DNA of 64,000 nucleotides, taken from contig JASVEC010000020.1 in the NCBI GenBank assembly GCA_030770535.1, forward strand, positions 496,001 to 560,000, written 5' to 3'. The number at the start of each line of letters is the position of its first letter. Within the stretch, counting starts at the first letter, position 1. Source of the stretch: Batkoa obscura (taxonomy: Eukaryota). This document shows, piece by piece, positions 1 through 12,862 of the stretch. The notes under the pieces are model-generated. The model was given only the letters and a program-made list of their open reading frames with translations, was not told the DNA's origin and did not search any database. Both the position numbers and the translations under genes were made by a program.

Positions 1-181
1 AGATTTACTTACATTTGCAGTCTTTAGCTGTGGTTATATCCTCCCATAAGATCGGTACAATTACCATGTTCGATATTTTGCAATAAAAGGGTAAATTAAG
101 TTTATACTTACCTGAGAAATGATATAAAACTTGTTTGGTTATTTCGTTCCCTAGATTCTCAAATATAAAATTATGTTTTAT
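1..181 (-). pseudogene. F-box/LRR family pseudogene, N-terminal part (may continue beyond window start)
   Basis: Minus strand reads IKHNFIFENLGNEITKQVLYHFSGKYKLNLPFYCKISNMVIVPILWEDITTAKDCKCK*, matching the N-terminus of 10815..12263. ATA stands in place of ATG at 181-179 and there is a TAA at 7-5. Confidence 0.8.
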
Positions 182-1042
182 TTTTGTTTTAATAAGGGAA
201 GAGAAGAGAAAGTATTCTTAATTTAATTTATATATCAATAGCACTAAAATAATGGATGATGTTAAATTTTGCCAACTCTAATCCATTTATTAAAACATCA
301 TTATAGTATTAACTACAATAAGCGCTGAACTTATAATAGCGAAGTCTTTGATACTCATTTTTTGTACATTTTTGATGTTTAGTTTAAAAACCTGATCTAT
401 CTTGTTATAAAATTCAAAGTTCAAAAGGAATATGCTAAAACACTAAACCCTAAATGAATTCCCTACTTGCATACTTAATACATTAAGAAAAGTCTTACTT
501 TATATAGATCTCAGCATGTTAAAAAAGGCTATCTAAAAAATTTAAAATATAACTTTAGACATTGAAGCTGTTAAAAACTAGTATAATAGTCGCTAATGAA
601 TTTTATATAAAATATTTCCAACTAGAAAACAATTTGTAAATTTTTTATGGCTTCTTTTTTATGAGTTGGAAAGATGGCTATTGATGACTTATCAGATTGT
701 ATATGTATCAAAAAGCATCTTGTCTGCTCCTAAAAAGCGCGTTTGAGTTTGAAAATTAAAGAATTAGAAACGTTTAGATCAATTAAATACAAAGGGAAGA
801 ATATACAATTATGCTTATTGGCTATCTTTTTAAATTTGGGCTTGTGCTCAAACGATTAATGTCAAAAACACCAAATTAGAACTACGAAACTATGTAAGAT
901 TTTGAAAATAAAACCTTTTTACTCAAATTCAACCATCAACTCAAAAATTTAACGACTTTAGTCATATTCAATATTAAGCTCAAATGCAAAGTAGATTTAT
1001 AGCTATTTATTAATAATTCCTATTAGCTAAATTCCTCATTTA

Positions 1043-1720
1043 GTTCCCAATCTCTGAATCTTCCTCATTTTATACTACTAATAATACCATGTTTACTGAA
1101 GCGAGCCCAACTGCTAAGGAACACAAGGCATAAATATTGGTTCATACTCCAATAACTTTTTATAATAATTATTTTATAATATTCTAATACCAGATCTATC
1201 AATAGAGACTCGTTAATTTTGATTAAGGAATTAAGTTGATGTGCTCAAGTACTAAGATGAGGTTCTGTCTTAGCTTCTGGCTATGGTCTATATAGGCAAA
1301 TGATTGTATACATTATAATTAAAAATAATAATGCAGTCAACATGTTAGCTCTATGGCCATGGGATATTAAAGACAAGTATAGTTACCAGGACACTCTATG
1401 GTGCTTATATTAGAATTGCCCCTACATTCTGGATTATTGGTCAACTGTGAGGTTAGAACTGTGGCTGATATTATGGATATAGGCTATAGAGTAATTGCTC
1501 CTTTCTGTTTTAATAGTGATTCAAAATCATTTTCCTTTTTAGAGAGAAGTAGATATAGTATTGTTTAATCATGATTATAAAGCATTATTAGCTTCAAAAG
1601 GGGACCGTATTACCCAACTTATTTTGGGGGGAAATTGTCATACTTAAGATTGAATTTTTAGATGAATCGGATGTTACTTTATGTAGTAATAAAAAGTCCA
1701 GCTTCATAGGGACTAGAAAA
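1043..1720 (+). pseudogene. Unprocessed (intron-retaining) dUTPase pseudogene, duplicate of DUT1 at 8819..9734
   Basis: Reads SINRDSLILIKELS*CAQVLR*GSVLASGYGLY / KTSIVTRTLYGAYIRIA(fs)HSGLLVNCEVRTVADIMDIGYR / REVDIVLFNHDYKALLASKGDRITQLIL, colinear with DUT1. TGA stops at 1237 and 1258, frameshifts, and introns at the same positions as in DUT1 (one donor GT>GC). Confidence 0.9.
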
Positions 1721-2844
1721 AGGTGTTTATGAGCTGAATGTAGCTATCTGACTTATTTTTAGATCATTGCATTTTTATTTCTTTTTTAAAATAAGGTGAT
1801 AGAATTACTATTTACTTTATTTATTAAATGCACATTAAACTTTAAGTTCGTTTTTATTGATTACGATTTATATGGGATTCGTTAGATTTTGAAAAAAATA
1901 CTGGGATGGCAATTATCTAATATATTGTATTTAATTTTATATTATAGTAAATATGTAATGGCTTTGCTATATTAATTTCAGTCTCTAATTAAGGTTGATT
2001 TGCTATTGCTTTGATTTGGACAATTTTATCACTGTTGACAAAGTAATAATGACATATATTCAATTTGTTTAGTCTATTTTATATTAGATTTTTTTTGTTA
2101 AATCAATATACCCCTAACGCAATTAAATTAATAAAAAACACCATTAAATAATTTAAAGACATTGGTTTTCTTACTTTTAAACTTCAGTCTCGTGGGTTAC
2201 AGAAACCCTGAACCTGGTTTCTTTAATTTACAGTTGCTTTTCTCTTATCTTTACTATGTTCATTAACAATAGAATGAATGGGCTGTCTGTACTTAACCTC
2301 TTTCCAGACTAAATCTAGACTTTTATTACACATTTAATAACAACCACAACACATCTAACGTTGAAATTTAAGAAAAATCAAGGGAACAGAAAAAATATTA
2401 AAAAAACAATCAAATCTTACAAATATTTACTAGTAGACTCAAACAGCTATTGTTAAATAATAAGAAATTAGACCATAAATTAATTAACATAACTTGCTAT
2501 ATTTGAAATGTAATAAGCACAGTTATGATTTTTAAGTACAAACCTTAATGATATTCAAAAAACCGCGATTTATGCTCTCATAATTTTCTAACTCGATGGT
2601 CACCAAATTTAACTTAACCAATAGAAACAGTTATATTGGTGTAATAGAGACAAAAGAGGCTTGGTTTTGCTGCGTATAATAAAAATTGAACACGATTGGT
2701 CGCTTATTGGTTGAAATTTTAATCTAAGATCAGAGATTTGCTATTTTGGAACAAATGCATAAATTAGCCAAAAAGTAATAAAGGGCGTAAACTTGAGTCA
2801 AAAAATTTCTTTTTTTATAGCTTAAACTTTAAAATTCAATTTCA

Positions 2845-3912
2845 ATGGCATCAAGGTCAGCCATCAGAGAAAAGCAAAAACCTAAGCAAAGAGCAGTGGA
2901 ATCTGAAGAAGAAGAATTGGTAGTTGAAGAAAAAGACAAAGGAACTGACAGAACGATACAAGTGTTAAAAGATTATGGTATAAAAACAGAAGATGTTCGC
3001 AAACTATATAATGCTGGTTATTATACCGTCGAATCTGTCGCGTTTACTCCAAAAAAGACCTTATGCGAAGTAAAAGGCTTATCTGAAAACAAGATAGATT
3101 TAATTTTTGAAGCCATTGTCAGCTCTGGTTTGGTAGATTTTGGTTTTTCTACTGCTGAAGCTTTATACACAAAACGTAAAGAAATTCTAAAAGTAACAAC
3201 TGGCTCTTCGGATTTGGACAAGCTATTGGGTGGAGGTATTGAAACAGGATCAATTACTGAATTGTTTGGTGAGTTTCGTACAGGAAAATCGCAAATTTGT
3301 CATACTATAGCAGTAACCTGTCAGTTGGCAGCAGATATGGGTGGTGCATTTGGTAAGTGTTTATATATTGATACTGAAGGTACCTTCCGTCCAGAGAGGT
3401 TAAAGTCTGTAGCTGAAAGATTTTCATTTGACCCTCAAGTTGCTTTAGCCAATGTTTCTTATGCTAGAGCTCATAATACTGATCATCAAACAGCATTATT
3501 ACTTCAAGCTGCTAAAATGATGTCTGAAGAGAGATATGCCCTTATGATAGTAGACTCAGCTACTGCATTGTATCGTACAGATTATACTGGTAGAGGTGAA
3601 TTGGCTACTCGTCAAATGCATCTTGCACGATTCCTTAGAACTTTACAAAGGTTTGCAGACGAATTTGGTATAGGTGTTGTTATCACCAATCAAATGGTTG
3701 CTAATGTTGATGCAGCAGCTGGCATGTTTGGTGGACCAGATAAAAAACCCATTGGTGGTAATATTATTGCACATGCATCAACCACTCGGCTTTCATTAAG
3801 AAAAGGTAAAGGAGAAAACCGAATTTGCAAGATTTATGATTCACCATGTTTACCCGAATCAGAAGCTACATTTGCTATTACAGCTGGTGGGATCGATAAT
3901 TCTAAGGATTAA
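2845..3912 (+). CDS. RAD51: DNA repair recombinase Rad51 (intronless)
   Basis: Walker [50 protein letters not shown]; residues fit Rad51 rather than Dmc1. Confidence 0.96.
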   Translation: MASRSAIREKQKPKQRAVESEEEELVVEEKDKGTDRTIQVLKDYGIKTEDVRKLYNAGYYTVESVAFTPKKTLCEVKGLSENKIDLIFEAIVSSGLVDFGFSTAEALYTKRKEILKVTTGSSDLDKLLGGGIETGSITELFGEFRTGKSQICHTIAVTCQLAADMGGAFGKCLYIDTEGTFRPERLKSVAERFSFDPQVALANVSYARAHNTDHQTALLLQAAKMMSEERYALMIVDSATALYRTDYTGRGELATRQMHLARFLRTLQRFADEFGIGVVITNQMVANVDAAAGMFGGPDKKPIGGNIIAHASTTRLSLRKGKGENRICKIYDSPCLPESEATFAITAGGIDNSKD

Positions 3913-4350
3913 TGGAAGTTTTTTTGTTCTTGTATTTTTTTTAAATTACTATTTTTGCCAATATAAGGTATATGAATCTTTGATTAGTTTATAGCTATTC
4001 ATAAATAAAGTCACTTTATTTTTATTTTCATTTCCTTGTCTTATTTTTCACTATCTGTTTGGTTTCGAGATTAGCAATCCTACTTATAATTGAATAATAG
4101 TGATTTTATGCTAGGTTGTTAGATTAATCTAAATTATTTACAATATCTCAGTGTACTCTATCTCACATCATGAAATAAGAAGTATCTATAAAATACTACT
4201 AAGTACCAAAAGTAATTTGTGCTATTGTTTTAAAGTTATTATGTCGAGTTTAACAAAAGTTGCAAAAATTATTAGTTTACATTTACTGCCATTCAAGAAA
4301 CAAAACAAACATGTAAAGTTAATTATCAAATTGTAATCCTCAACAGCATA

Positions 4351-4441
4351 TAGATGTATTTTTTAAGAATTTTACTAATAATTTTTCTGCTCAAATACCG
4401 CTTAAATAATCGAAAGAATGATGAAACCAAAAAAATATCCC
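4351..4441 (-). mobile_element. MITE-like element copy (degenerate)
   Basis: agatgtattttttaagaattttactaa...gctcaaata...gaaaccaaaaaaatatccc; reverse-orientation match to the family consensus. Confidence 0.75.
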
Positions 4442-4609
4442 TATATCAATATTTTGGAACTTGGGGTATCAACTTCAAAACAAATATATCTTTAAACTAA
4501 TGCTCAACAAAGGTAATAATGCATAGAAATAATGGCTATCATATAAACTCTGCATTTATTAATTATAAAGGATATATATTTATTTAATATTCCTGCTTTC
4601 AACTAACAA

Positions 4610-4680
4610 GTCATTGTAGTATAGTGGTAGTACACCGCGTTGTGGCCGCGATAGCGGGGGTTCGATTCCCCCCAATGACA
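4610..4680 (+). tRNA. tRNA-His(GTG)
   Basis: Acceptor stem GTCATTG/CAATGAC, D-arm TAGTATAGTGGTAGTA, anticodon loop TTGTGGC, T-arm GGGGGTTCGATTCCCC, T-run just downstream. Confidence 0.93.
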
Positions 4681-4859
4681 GTTTAACTTATTTTTTAGCC
4701 TTTTCGAGAAGCATTAAAAAATCAAGAAAAATTAATCGTTGAAAATTAAACGGTAAGAATAATAAGTAAGAACGATAATTAAAAATAATAAAATGCTCAA
4801 CTTAATACTTGTTCCTTTTTTTATTTTTATTTTAAAATTTATAAGTTGTATTGTAAAAG

Positions 4860-7277
4860 ATGCTTAAATCCATTAAACATCTTCATAATATTAAGAATCG
4901 ATTATATCAATCTAGAGTAATTCAACCAAGTATTACCAATTTAAGAAATTGTGTCTCCCTGCACAGCCAACCCAAACGTCAAGAACTTGAACATGTATTT
5001 AACAATAATTCCGCATGGCAATCACGTATCAATCCTAGATCACTCAGTGGAGTATTAAATCGTCAAATCTTATTAGACCCCTCCGGTTTCGATATCTGGT
5101 ATAATAGTGTAATACAACAAGCTGAAGTTTTAGTGGATAAAATAGTTAACGTTAATAATGAAATGGATGCTATTAATATCATTAAAAGAGTAGATAGACT
5201 ATCAGACTTATTATGTAGTATTATTGATTTCGCAGAATTTGTGAGATGCAATCATCCAAATAAAATAATGGTGGAAAAAGCAAATAATTGTTATTTAAGA
5301 ATGGTGAATTATATGAATCAATTAAATACTAAAGTTGGATTGTATGTAGTAAGTTTTTATTTAAAGGAGATTTTTAATTTATTGAATTTAAGTAATTTTA
5401 TTTTAATTAGGCGTTAAAAAAAGTATTAGAAGATCAGAATTTAGCTTCTAAATTTACTGAAGAAGAGAAACAAGTAGGTATTTTATTTTTAAAAGATTTT
5501 GAAAAGAGTGGGATTCATTTAGATAACTTTAAACGTAATAAATTTGTTCAATTAAATGATGATATCAATGAACTAGGAAGGTTGTTTATGAGTTATAATC
5601 AACCTTCAGAAAGTTCCATTACTGTTTCTAAAATGGATTTGGATGGTTGTGAAACTTGGTGGTTTAATAGTCAACCTATACAACAAATATCTACTTCTCC
5701 TTCACATGCTAATATGTTATTAAGGACTGCTCACAATCCGAACATTAGAAAAAGAATGTATATTGCATCCAATACAGGGACTGAAGAACAGTTAAATATA
5801 TTAGAAAATTTATTAATAACAAGATTAAAATTGGCAGAATTATTAGGGTATTCTAGTTTTTCTGAATTTTATTTAGAAGATAAAATGGGCCTAAATCCAA
5901 CAAATATTAATAATTTTTTAAATCAATTGAATACTCAATTAACACCCAACTTATTAAAAGAAGTACAACTTTTGCAAAAAATGAAAGGTAATAAAGACTC
6001 ATTAATGGCATGGGATCAAAACTATTATATTCATCAATATGAATTATTAACTAAAAATAAGAATCATCTTAATTTAAATCAATATTTCTCAATTGGGACA
6101 GTAATTCAAGGATTAAGTGATTTATTATTTAATTTATATGGCATTTATTTTGAAGTGGTTAATGAACTTAATAAAGGTGAATTATGGGACCTTAATGTAA
6201 GAAAATTAATAGTAAAAAATCAACAAAATCAAAAAATAGGTTTAATTTATATGGATTTATTTTATCGTCCAAATAAAAGTAATCATGCTGCTCATTATAC
6301 TGTTCAATGTTCAAGGAGAATTGATAATGATTTGATGAATGATACTTTAATGGAATTTAAACATTTGTTATTACCTTTGGAAGATACAGTAGTAGAATAT
6401 GAGAATGGAAATAAATATCAATTACCTGTAGTAGTAATTTCTACTTGTTTTTCTAATAATAATAATAGTCAACCATCTTTACTTGAACCTAATGAAGTAG
6501 AAACTTTATTTCATGAAATGGGACATGCTATCCATTCAATGTTAGCTAGAACAGAATATCATAATGTATCAGGTAATTTAATTAAATAATAGATAATAAT
6601 AATTAATATTTTAATTTTTTAATATTTTAATTTTATTAGGTACACGATGTAAAATTGATTTTGTTGAATTACCATCCATATTAATGGAAACATTTGCCTT
6701 AAATGAAAATTATGTCACTTCATATGCAAAAGATTATCAAACTGGTGAAAGTATTAAAAAAGAACAAATTATTAATTATAAACAACAACATAGTCAATTT
6801 AAAACAATTGATACACAACATCAAATTATATTAAGTTTAATTGATCAAAATTATCATTCAATAACTAATAAAAATTCCTTGAATTTTGGGTATTCTAATG
6901 AATTATTAAAAAATATAATTAATCAATATTCAATAACACCGTATGTAGAAAGTACCAATTTTAGTTTTAAATTTAATCATTTATTTTCGTATTCAGCTAC
7001 CTATTATTCTTATTTATTAGGAAGAGTATTAGCTAATAAATTATTTCAATTAGGTTTTAATCATAATAATCTTGATAAATTAAATACCTCAGGAGAGATA
7101 TTGAAAGAAAATTTATTAAAATTTGGTGGCAGTAAAGATCCATGGGATTGTATTTATAATACTGTATTCAGTTTAAATCATAGAAATCAAGATCATCATA
7201 TTAAAAATTTAGATCATTTAAAATCTCCAAATACGGCAATGAAACTTATTGGTACTTGGGGATTACCAGAGAAATGA
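4860..7277 (+). CDS. OCT1: Mitochondrial intermediate peptidase (M3 family), 3 exons: 4860-5348, 5411-6572, 6640-7277
   Basis: DRLSDLLCSIIDFAEFVR, LFHEMGHAIHSML (HEXXH), HNVSG|TRCKIDFVELPS, YSATYYSYL; GT-AG introns keep the frame. Confidence 0.92.
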
Positions 7278-7347
7278 AGGAATGAAAGAGTATACAAGCG
7301 AAATAAAAATAAAATAAAAATAAAAATAAAATGTTTAATTTTTTAAT

Positions 7348-8226
7348 TTATTTTATATTAATTTCTATATCACTAAATTGTAACATAAAAGCAGACCTAT
7401 ACTTTTTAGATAAATTAGGGTAAGAACTATGATATAATTGACTATTCATTATTAATATATCTCCTAATTCTAATTCAATATCAATTTCTTTTCTTGATTT
7501 TGGATATAACTTTAATCCTCCATTACACTAAAATAAGATTAATATTATTTATTTATTATCTATTACTAATAACTATATAAATTACTTTATTCATAAATTG
7601 TAATGGTATATAAATAGCTATATTATTGATTGATTGATATTCTTTAGGTAGATATTGTCCATCCTTTTACGAAAGAAAAATCAATGAAAATGAATACAAG
7701 ATATCAAATAACAACTCTTACTTTATGTTTCTTAAATTCACTATTCAAACAATTTGCTGATTTGATAATATATTGTTGATTAAACTAAATAAAAAGAAAT
7801 TAATAATTAATTCATCTCATCTTCTACTCTTTCCTTCTTATTCTCTTACCAACCAACTTTGATTTAAGTAATTTAAACTTATTGTTTTAACTTTATTAAA
7901 TATTTCCCAATCTCGATTATAATTTAATAAATTTTTGAAGTATTGACCAGTTGGTTCTAATGTAATTGATATTCCTTGTTTTACTTTTATAATAAGACAA
8001 TACTAAAAAGCTACCTATTACACATCCAAACTTACTACTTAATTCAATTTCTTGACATTCTAAATATTCAATTAATAAATTACTTTCTAATAATAATGGT
8101 TTTAAATCTTCATGAGTTAAAGCTAATCAAAGTAAGTTATATAATAACCAGATTCAATAGTATAATTAGCTTACCCTTTTTTAATATATCATAATTAAAT
8201 TCCTTATAGAAAGTTGAATTGATCAT
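7348..8226 (-). CDS. PhyH/phytanoyl-CoA dioxygenase-like 2OG-Fe(II) oxygenase, 6 exons (not in ORF track)
   Basis: Spliced product contains FGCVIEP, LFNQQYIIKSANCLNSEFKKHK|DGQY (HxD), NGGLKLYP and LYHSSYPNLSKKYRSAFMLQFS (distal His and Arg). All five introns are GT-AG and in frame. Confidence 0.75.
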
Positions 8227-8818
8227 TAATTGTTTTGGGTTAGAATTGTTTATGATTATTTGAAATTGATTAGATTGAAAAGATAAAAGCTGAATTTTTT
8301 AAAATTAGTTTCAATTGAATTTCAAATTTCAAATTAGATTTCAAATGTTAGATTTTTAAAATAACAATAAATAAATGAATTTTATAAAATTGATGAAAAA
8401 TTAACATTCAGTTTATTATACTTTAGAACTATTATTCTTATCTGTTTATTTGTTTATAAAATTGACACACTATAGTAAAATATAATATAAATAACAGTTT
8501 ATTATAATAAAACACAATATGATGATAATCTGGATAGATATCATTAGACTATTGAATTTAATATATTAAAGCAATTCAAATAATACATTAATTATAAATA
8601 ACAATAAACAATCAATCTCAAATTTGCTAAATTATTAGATATTTACCATCTTATCACTTTTTAACAGTATAACCAATTTTATATAAAATAACTTCATAAA
8701 CTTATAAAGAGACTATATATTTAATAATAATAATAATAATTAAATAGACATCTTCCTATTCTAGAATTCAAATTTCCTTATATAATAGCAAGACAGCTAT
8801 CTACAGCTTCATCACAAT

Positions 8819-9734
8819 TTATCTAGTTCCAGTAGATCCAAACTTTCCACTACCACGAACAGTGACATCTAGTTCATCTACAATTTCAATTTCAGGTGTA
8901 ACAATCTTTTCTAAAACAAGTTGAGCAATACGATCTCCTTTTTTGATTTCAAATTCTTTATCTTCATGGTTAAATAATACTACTCCTACTTCTCCCTAAA
9001 ATAAAAAAATACAAGTCATTAACTGAAATTCAAAATAAATCCGCTTGCTTACTCTATAATCTCTATCTACCACACCAGCTCCAGTTTCGATACCAAACTT
9101 TACTGATAAACCTGAGCGTGGGGCAACTCTACCATAAGTACCATATGGTACTTTAATAGCTAGTCCTGTCTTCGCTACTCCGCGTCCACGGGCTGGAATC
9201 ATTGTATCTTCAGAACTAAAAGATAGAGTTCAATTTAATATTCCAACTTCTTATAATAAACAATATATTTACCTATATAAATCATAACCAGCTGCTGAAG
9301 CCGAACCGCGTTTTGGTAATTGAGCATTCAAGTTTAACTTTTTAATTAAAAGTAATGAATCTCTATCAACAGACTTGTGATAGAACTATAATTAAAAGAA
9401 TTAGTATCAATAAGTAATGAGATTATATGTTATATTACATTATGTTTCTTAGTAGTTGGGCTCATTTCAGTAGTTGTAGTGTTAGTAGTGCAAGAATTTT
9501 CATAAGTATCTGATGTTGAAGACTAAAAGAAGAGAATGTTAATTCAAGTTTAGAAATGAACAATTATGGATCAATTTTACCTTTGCTCTTTTATTAGTTG
9601 ATAAAGTTAATAAAGAAGCAGAGGAAGCAGAGGAAGCAGAGGAGGATGAGGACTAATTAGATATTAATTTTAATGATGATTGCAATTAAATAATAAGAAA
9701 AGAACTATACCTTAGTTCTTTTAAGACTAGACAT
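8819..9734 (-). CDS. DUT1: dUTP pyrophosphatase, 6 exons
   Basis: [40 protein letters not shown]; short N-terminal exons MSSLKRTK etc. joined by GT-AG introns. Confidence 0.93.
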
Positions 9735-10814
9735 AGTTAAAGTAGATAAGCGATAAAATTGATTAAATTTCAATAAAACCAATATTTCAACCCAGGTACA
9801 AACTTTTATATTCTAATTGGACAAATTTACAACTCCCTTCATTACCCAATCAATCATGAATATTAGCTCTTTTGGTAAGGAGAAGAACCAATTAAAGTAA
9901 TCAATATTTTTATACTATTGTACTATTATTGGCTCGTTAAATTGAACCAATCCTTTTGATCTTTGATTGAAAACTTTAAGCGCGACTTAAAACGAATCAA
10001 GAGCGTGTTTTCTAATAGAATAGTTAAAAACTCTGTGATATATTAATGAATATTGTTTCATTTTACAAGCATCACAAAAAGAAGCTCTAATTACTCAGAA
10101 CTCTTATGTAATTGAAAACTCTAAAATTTGATAAAATCACTATCTTTATTTTTAAACAGTATTTGTTTAGCACATTAAAGTTTATACTGAAATAATATTA
10201 GCTGTTGCAATTTTTGTTATACTATCTAAGTAATGTCGATAATTTATTTATGGTTTACTTGTTTTGTTATTTTGAGTCAAGAATTAGTAAATACAATTAT
10301 TGTAAAGTTAAAAATAAAGTACTTCTATAAATTTATATGATATTTAAAGGGACTAAAGATTAAAATAAGTTTTATGTAATATTTATTAAGTGTTAATTTA
10401 TCAACTCCCGTTGTTCTTTTTTGTTTAATACAGGATTAGTTTATAAGTTAAACGGAATAAATTCCCTAATTAAATCTATTTTTTTATCAATGAATATTAT
10501 CGAAAAAATAAATAAAGGCTATTGATTAGGTTTGTTTTTTATGTCAGTTTAATTTTTATATTATTTTTATTTATTAATTCCTTAGTTTTAACACTGTATA
10601 AATATACAGTTTTTTATAGGAAATGTGATATAATACCTTAACCTTAGACTTATGAAATTAATAAGATAGTTTTTAAAGCTTGAGCTCAGCATAAATTATA
10701 ACCAATAACGTTACAATTTTTTTAAGCATCAGTTCAGAGTTAACACAATATAGTGTCATTATTTTAGCACTAAATGGTATATAAACTAAATTAGTAATAC
10801 TATTTCTTATTAAA

Positions 10815-12263
10815 ATGATGAAAGATAATTTTAGATTTGAGAATCTTGGAAGCGAAGTAATTAAAGAAGTTTTATACCATCTCTCAGATAAGGATAAAGT
10901 CAATTTGCTCTCATGCTGTAAAGTATGGAACAAGGTGGTTATACCAATGTTATGGGAGAATACAATTGTATACTGTCGTCGTAAATATAGAAAGGATATG
11001 TATAATAGCTTCAAAAAATATGGGCATTATGTCAAATCATTGGATATTATGACACCATATAAAATACCATACAGCCAGCGATCAATTTGCACAAATAATA
11101 CCAGAATACATATGCCTTTAAATAAGTATATAGAATATAAAAATCACTTTAAAAATGCTTCATTGGTAGGCCTTTATTGTACAAATTCCATTGAAAATAT
11201 GCAAATTAATGAATATATGTATGAAAATGAAGAATATATCAGAGAAAAATTTCAGCATTTAGAACATTTAGTGCTTGACAATTCAGATGATTTAGAATAT
11301 TATTTTGAAGCACCCATCATACGATACCTTCCACCTACTATTACTTCATTAATAATTCAAAATAGTCCTTTTGCCCCATTTTTAGATTTGAGGGAGTTGG
11401 TAAATAAGTTTGACAATTTGACAATTCTCGAATTAGTTCATATTCGTGTTGACATTAGTGATTTTGATTTTTTATTAAAAAAACAACTCCCTCGTTTAAA
11501 TAAATTACATCTTGCGTTTTCATATGGAATTGATATTGAAGGGATATGTATAAACTTAGACAATTATCCAAAACTTGAAGCACTTGATATCGAAGAAGAT
11601 TCTGCATCTGGGATTAATGTAATATCAAAATTGAAAGGATTAACATTTAGGGGTGTATCGAATCTAAGAAAACTAACAATGTCTAACGTTAGTCTAGTTA
11701 AAGTAATTATAAACAAAGAAACGTTTCCAAAATTAAATCAATTAAGTTTACAATGGTGCTCTACTCTTTTATCTAAGCCTTTGTATTCCATATTTGATGT
11801 GTCTACAATTACTTTTTTAGATATATCTGTAGCCAGTTATCCAATATTTGAAATTTTTGCAATTATTCATTCAAACCCACCAGAAAAAGAGTATCGATTA
11901 TTTTTAATAAAAGAAATATACCCAAAGCATGCTACAAATTTATTAACATTAAGAGTTCAAAATTTAGTTTTGGGATATCACTTTTTCAACTTTTTATTTA
12001 CTCTATGTCCTAATTTATATAATCTTGAGATAGCAATTTGTTCTTTTGAAAATGATATACCATTTTCAAAGCATCCGGTTGTAAGAGAATCAACTTTAAC
12101 TAATGTAACATTTACTAATATTGAATCCCCAAATACAGATGCTTTTATTAATTTTATTTTATTTTATTTTAAAAATATAAGCTCTTTTAAACTTGTAAAT
12201 TGTAGCGATTTGTTTCCAAAATACAAGCATGACCCTAGATTTTGTTTTTATAAAAGTCGTTAA
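10815..12263 (+). CDS. F-box/LRR protein (intronless, expanded family)
   Basis: N-terminal F-box-like ENLGSEVIKEVLYHLSDKDKVNLLSCCKVWNKVVIPMLW followed by degenerate LxxLxL repeats. Confidence 0.82.
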   Translation: MMKDNFRFENLGSEVIKEVLYHLSDKDKVNLLSCCKVWNKVVIPMLWENTIVYCRRKYRKDMYNSFKKYGHYVKSLDIMTPYKIPYSQRSICTNNTRIHMPLNKYIEYKNHFKNASLVGLYCTNSIENMQINEYMYENEEYIREKFQHLEHLVLDNSDDLEYYFEAPIIRYLPPTITSLIIQNSPFAPFLDLRELVNKFDNLTILELVHIRVDISDFDFLLKKQLPRLNKLHLAFSYGIDIEGICINLDNYPKLEALDIEEDSASGINVISKLKGLTFRGVSNLRKLTMSNVSLVKVIINKETFPKLNQLSLQWCSTLLSKPLYSIFDVSTITFLDISVASYPIFEIFAIIHSNPPEKEYRLFLIKEIYPKHATNLLTLRVQNLVLGYHFFNFLFTLCPNLYNLEIAICSFENDIPFSKHPVVRESTLTNVTFTNIESPNTDAFINFILFYFKNISSFKLVNCSDLFPKYKHDPRFCFYKSR

Positions 12264-12862
12264 TTTGTATCACGAGATAACCATATCCCATACTCTATAT
12301 CATATTAACAACAAAGATCTATAGCTTATCAAGTAAATGAAACGGTATTGACGCAAAATTATTTTTTCCTATTATTTAAAAAATTATCATCATATTACAC
12401 TTTGGTATAATTTGTCAAAACTCTGGTAATATTTTAATATAGTTCACATAAAATTTTATTTACAATTAGTTTTACTAGCTAGTGAAATACAATAGATTAA
12501 TTTAAATATTGCTAATCTCTACAATAAAATAGACATACAAGTGATGCGATATGACCATAATGATTCGTAGTAAAGGTTGTGAAGCAGCTACTTTGTAATA
12601 ATTTCAATCTCTTAAACTCAATTAAACTTTCATGTAGACAGCATCTAAATAGGTGAATCTTTCATATTATCAATAATAATTACTAAATTATAGCCTATAT
12701 TATTAAGTTTTAGTTTAAATATAAAAATGTTTTTTATTTTGTCTATTTTTTATATAACGTAAAATTTAAAGTCATTAATTAAGCACTGAACAATAAATAA
12801 AATGTATTCATATTATACATTTTAATTCAAAAATAAAAAACAAAATTATAAAATATAAGGGT

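Noticed and set aside
1043..1720. dUTPase remnant as a retroviral/LTR-element or viral dUTPase
   Set aside because: It keeps the host DUT1 intron positions and flanking DNA, so it is a genomic duplicate.
3021..3221. Antisense or alternative-frame ORFs (3021, 5063, 7976, 10673, 19110, 19326, 19671, 24365, 27423, 29343, 30579, 32686, 44247, 62128)
   Set aside because: They overlap well-supported genes and have shadow or low-complexity composition.
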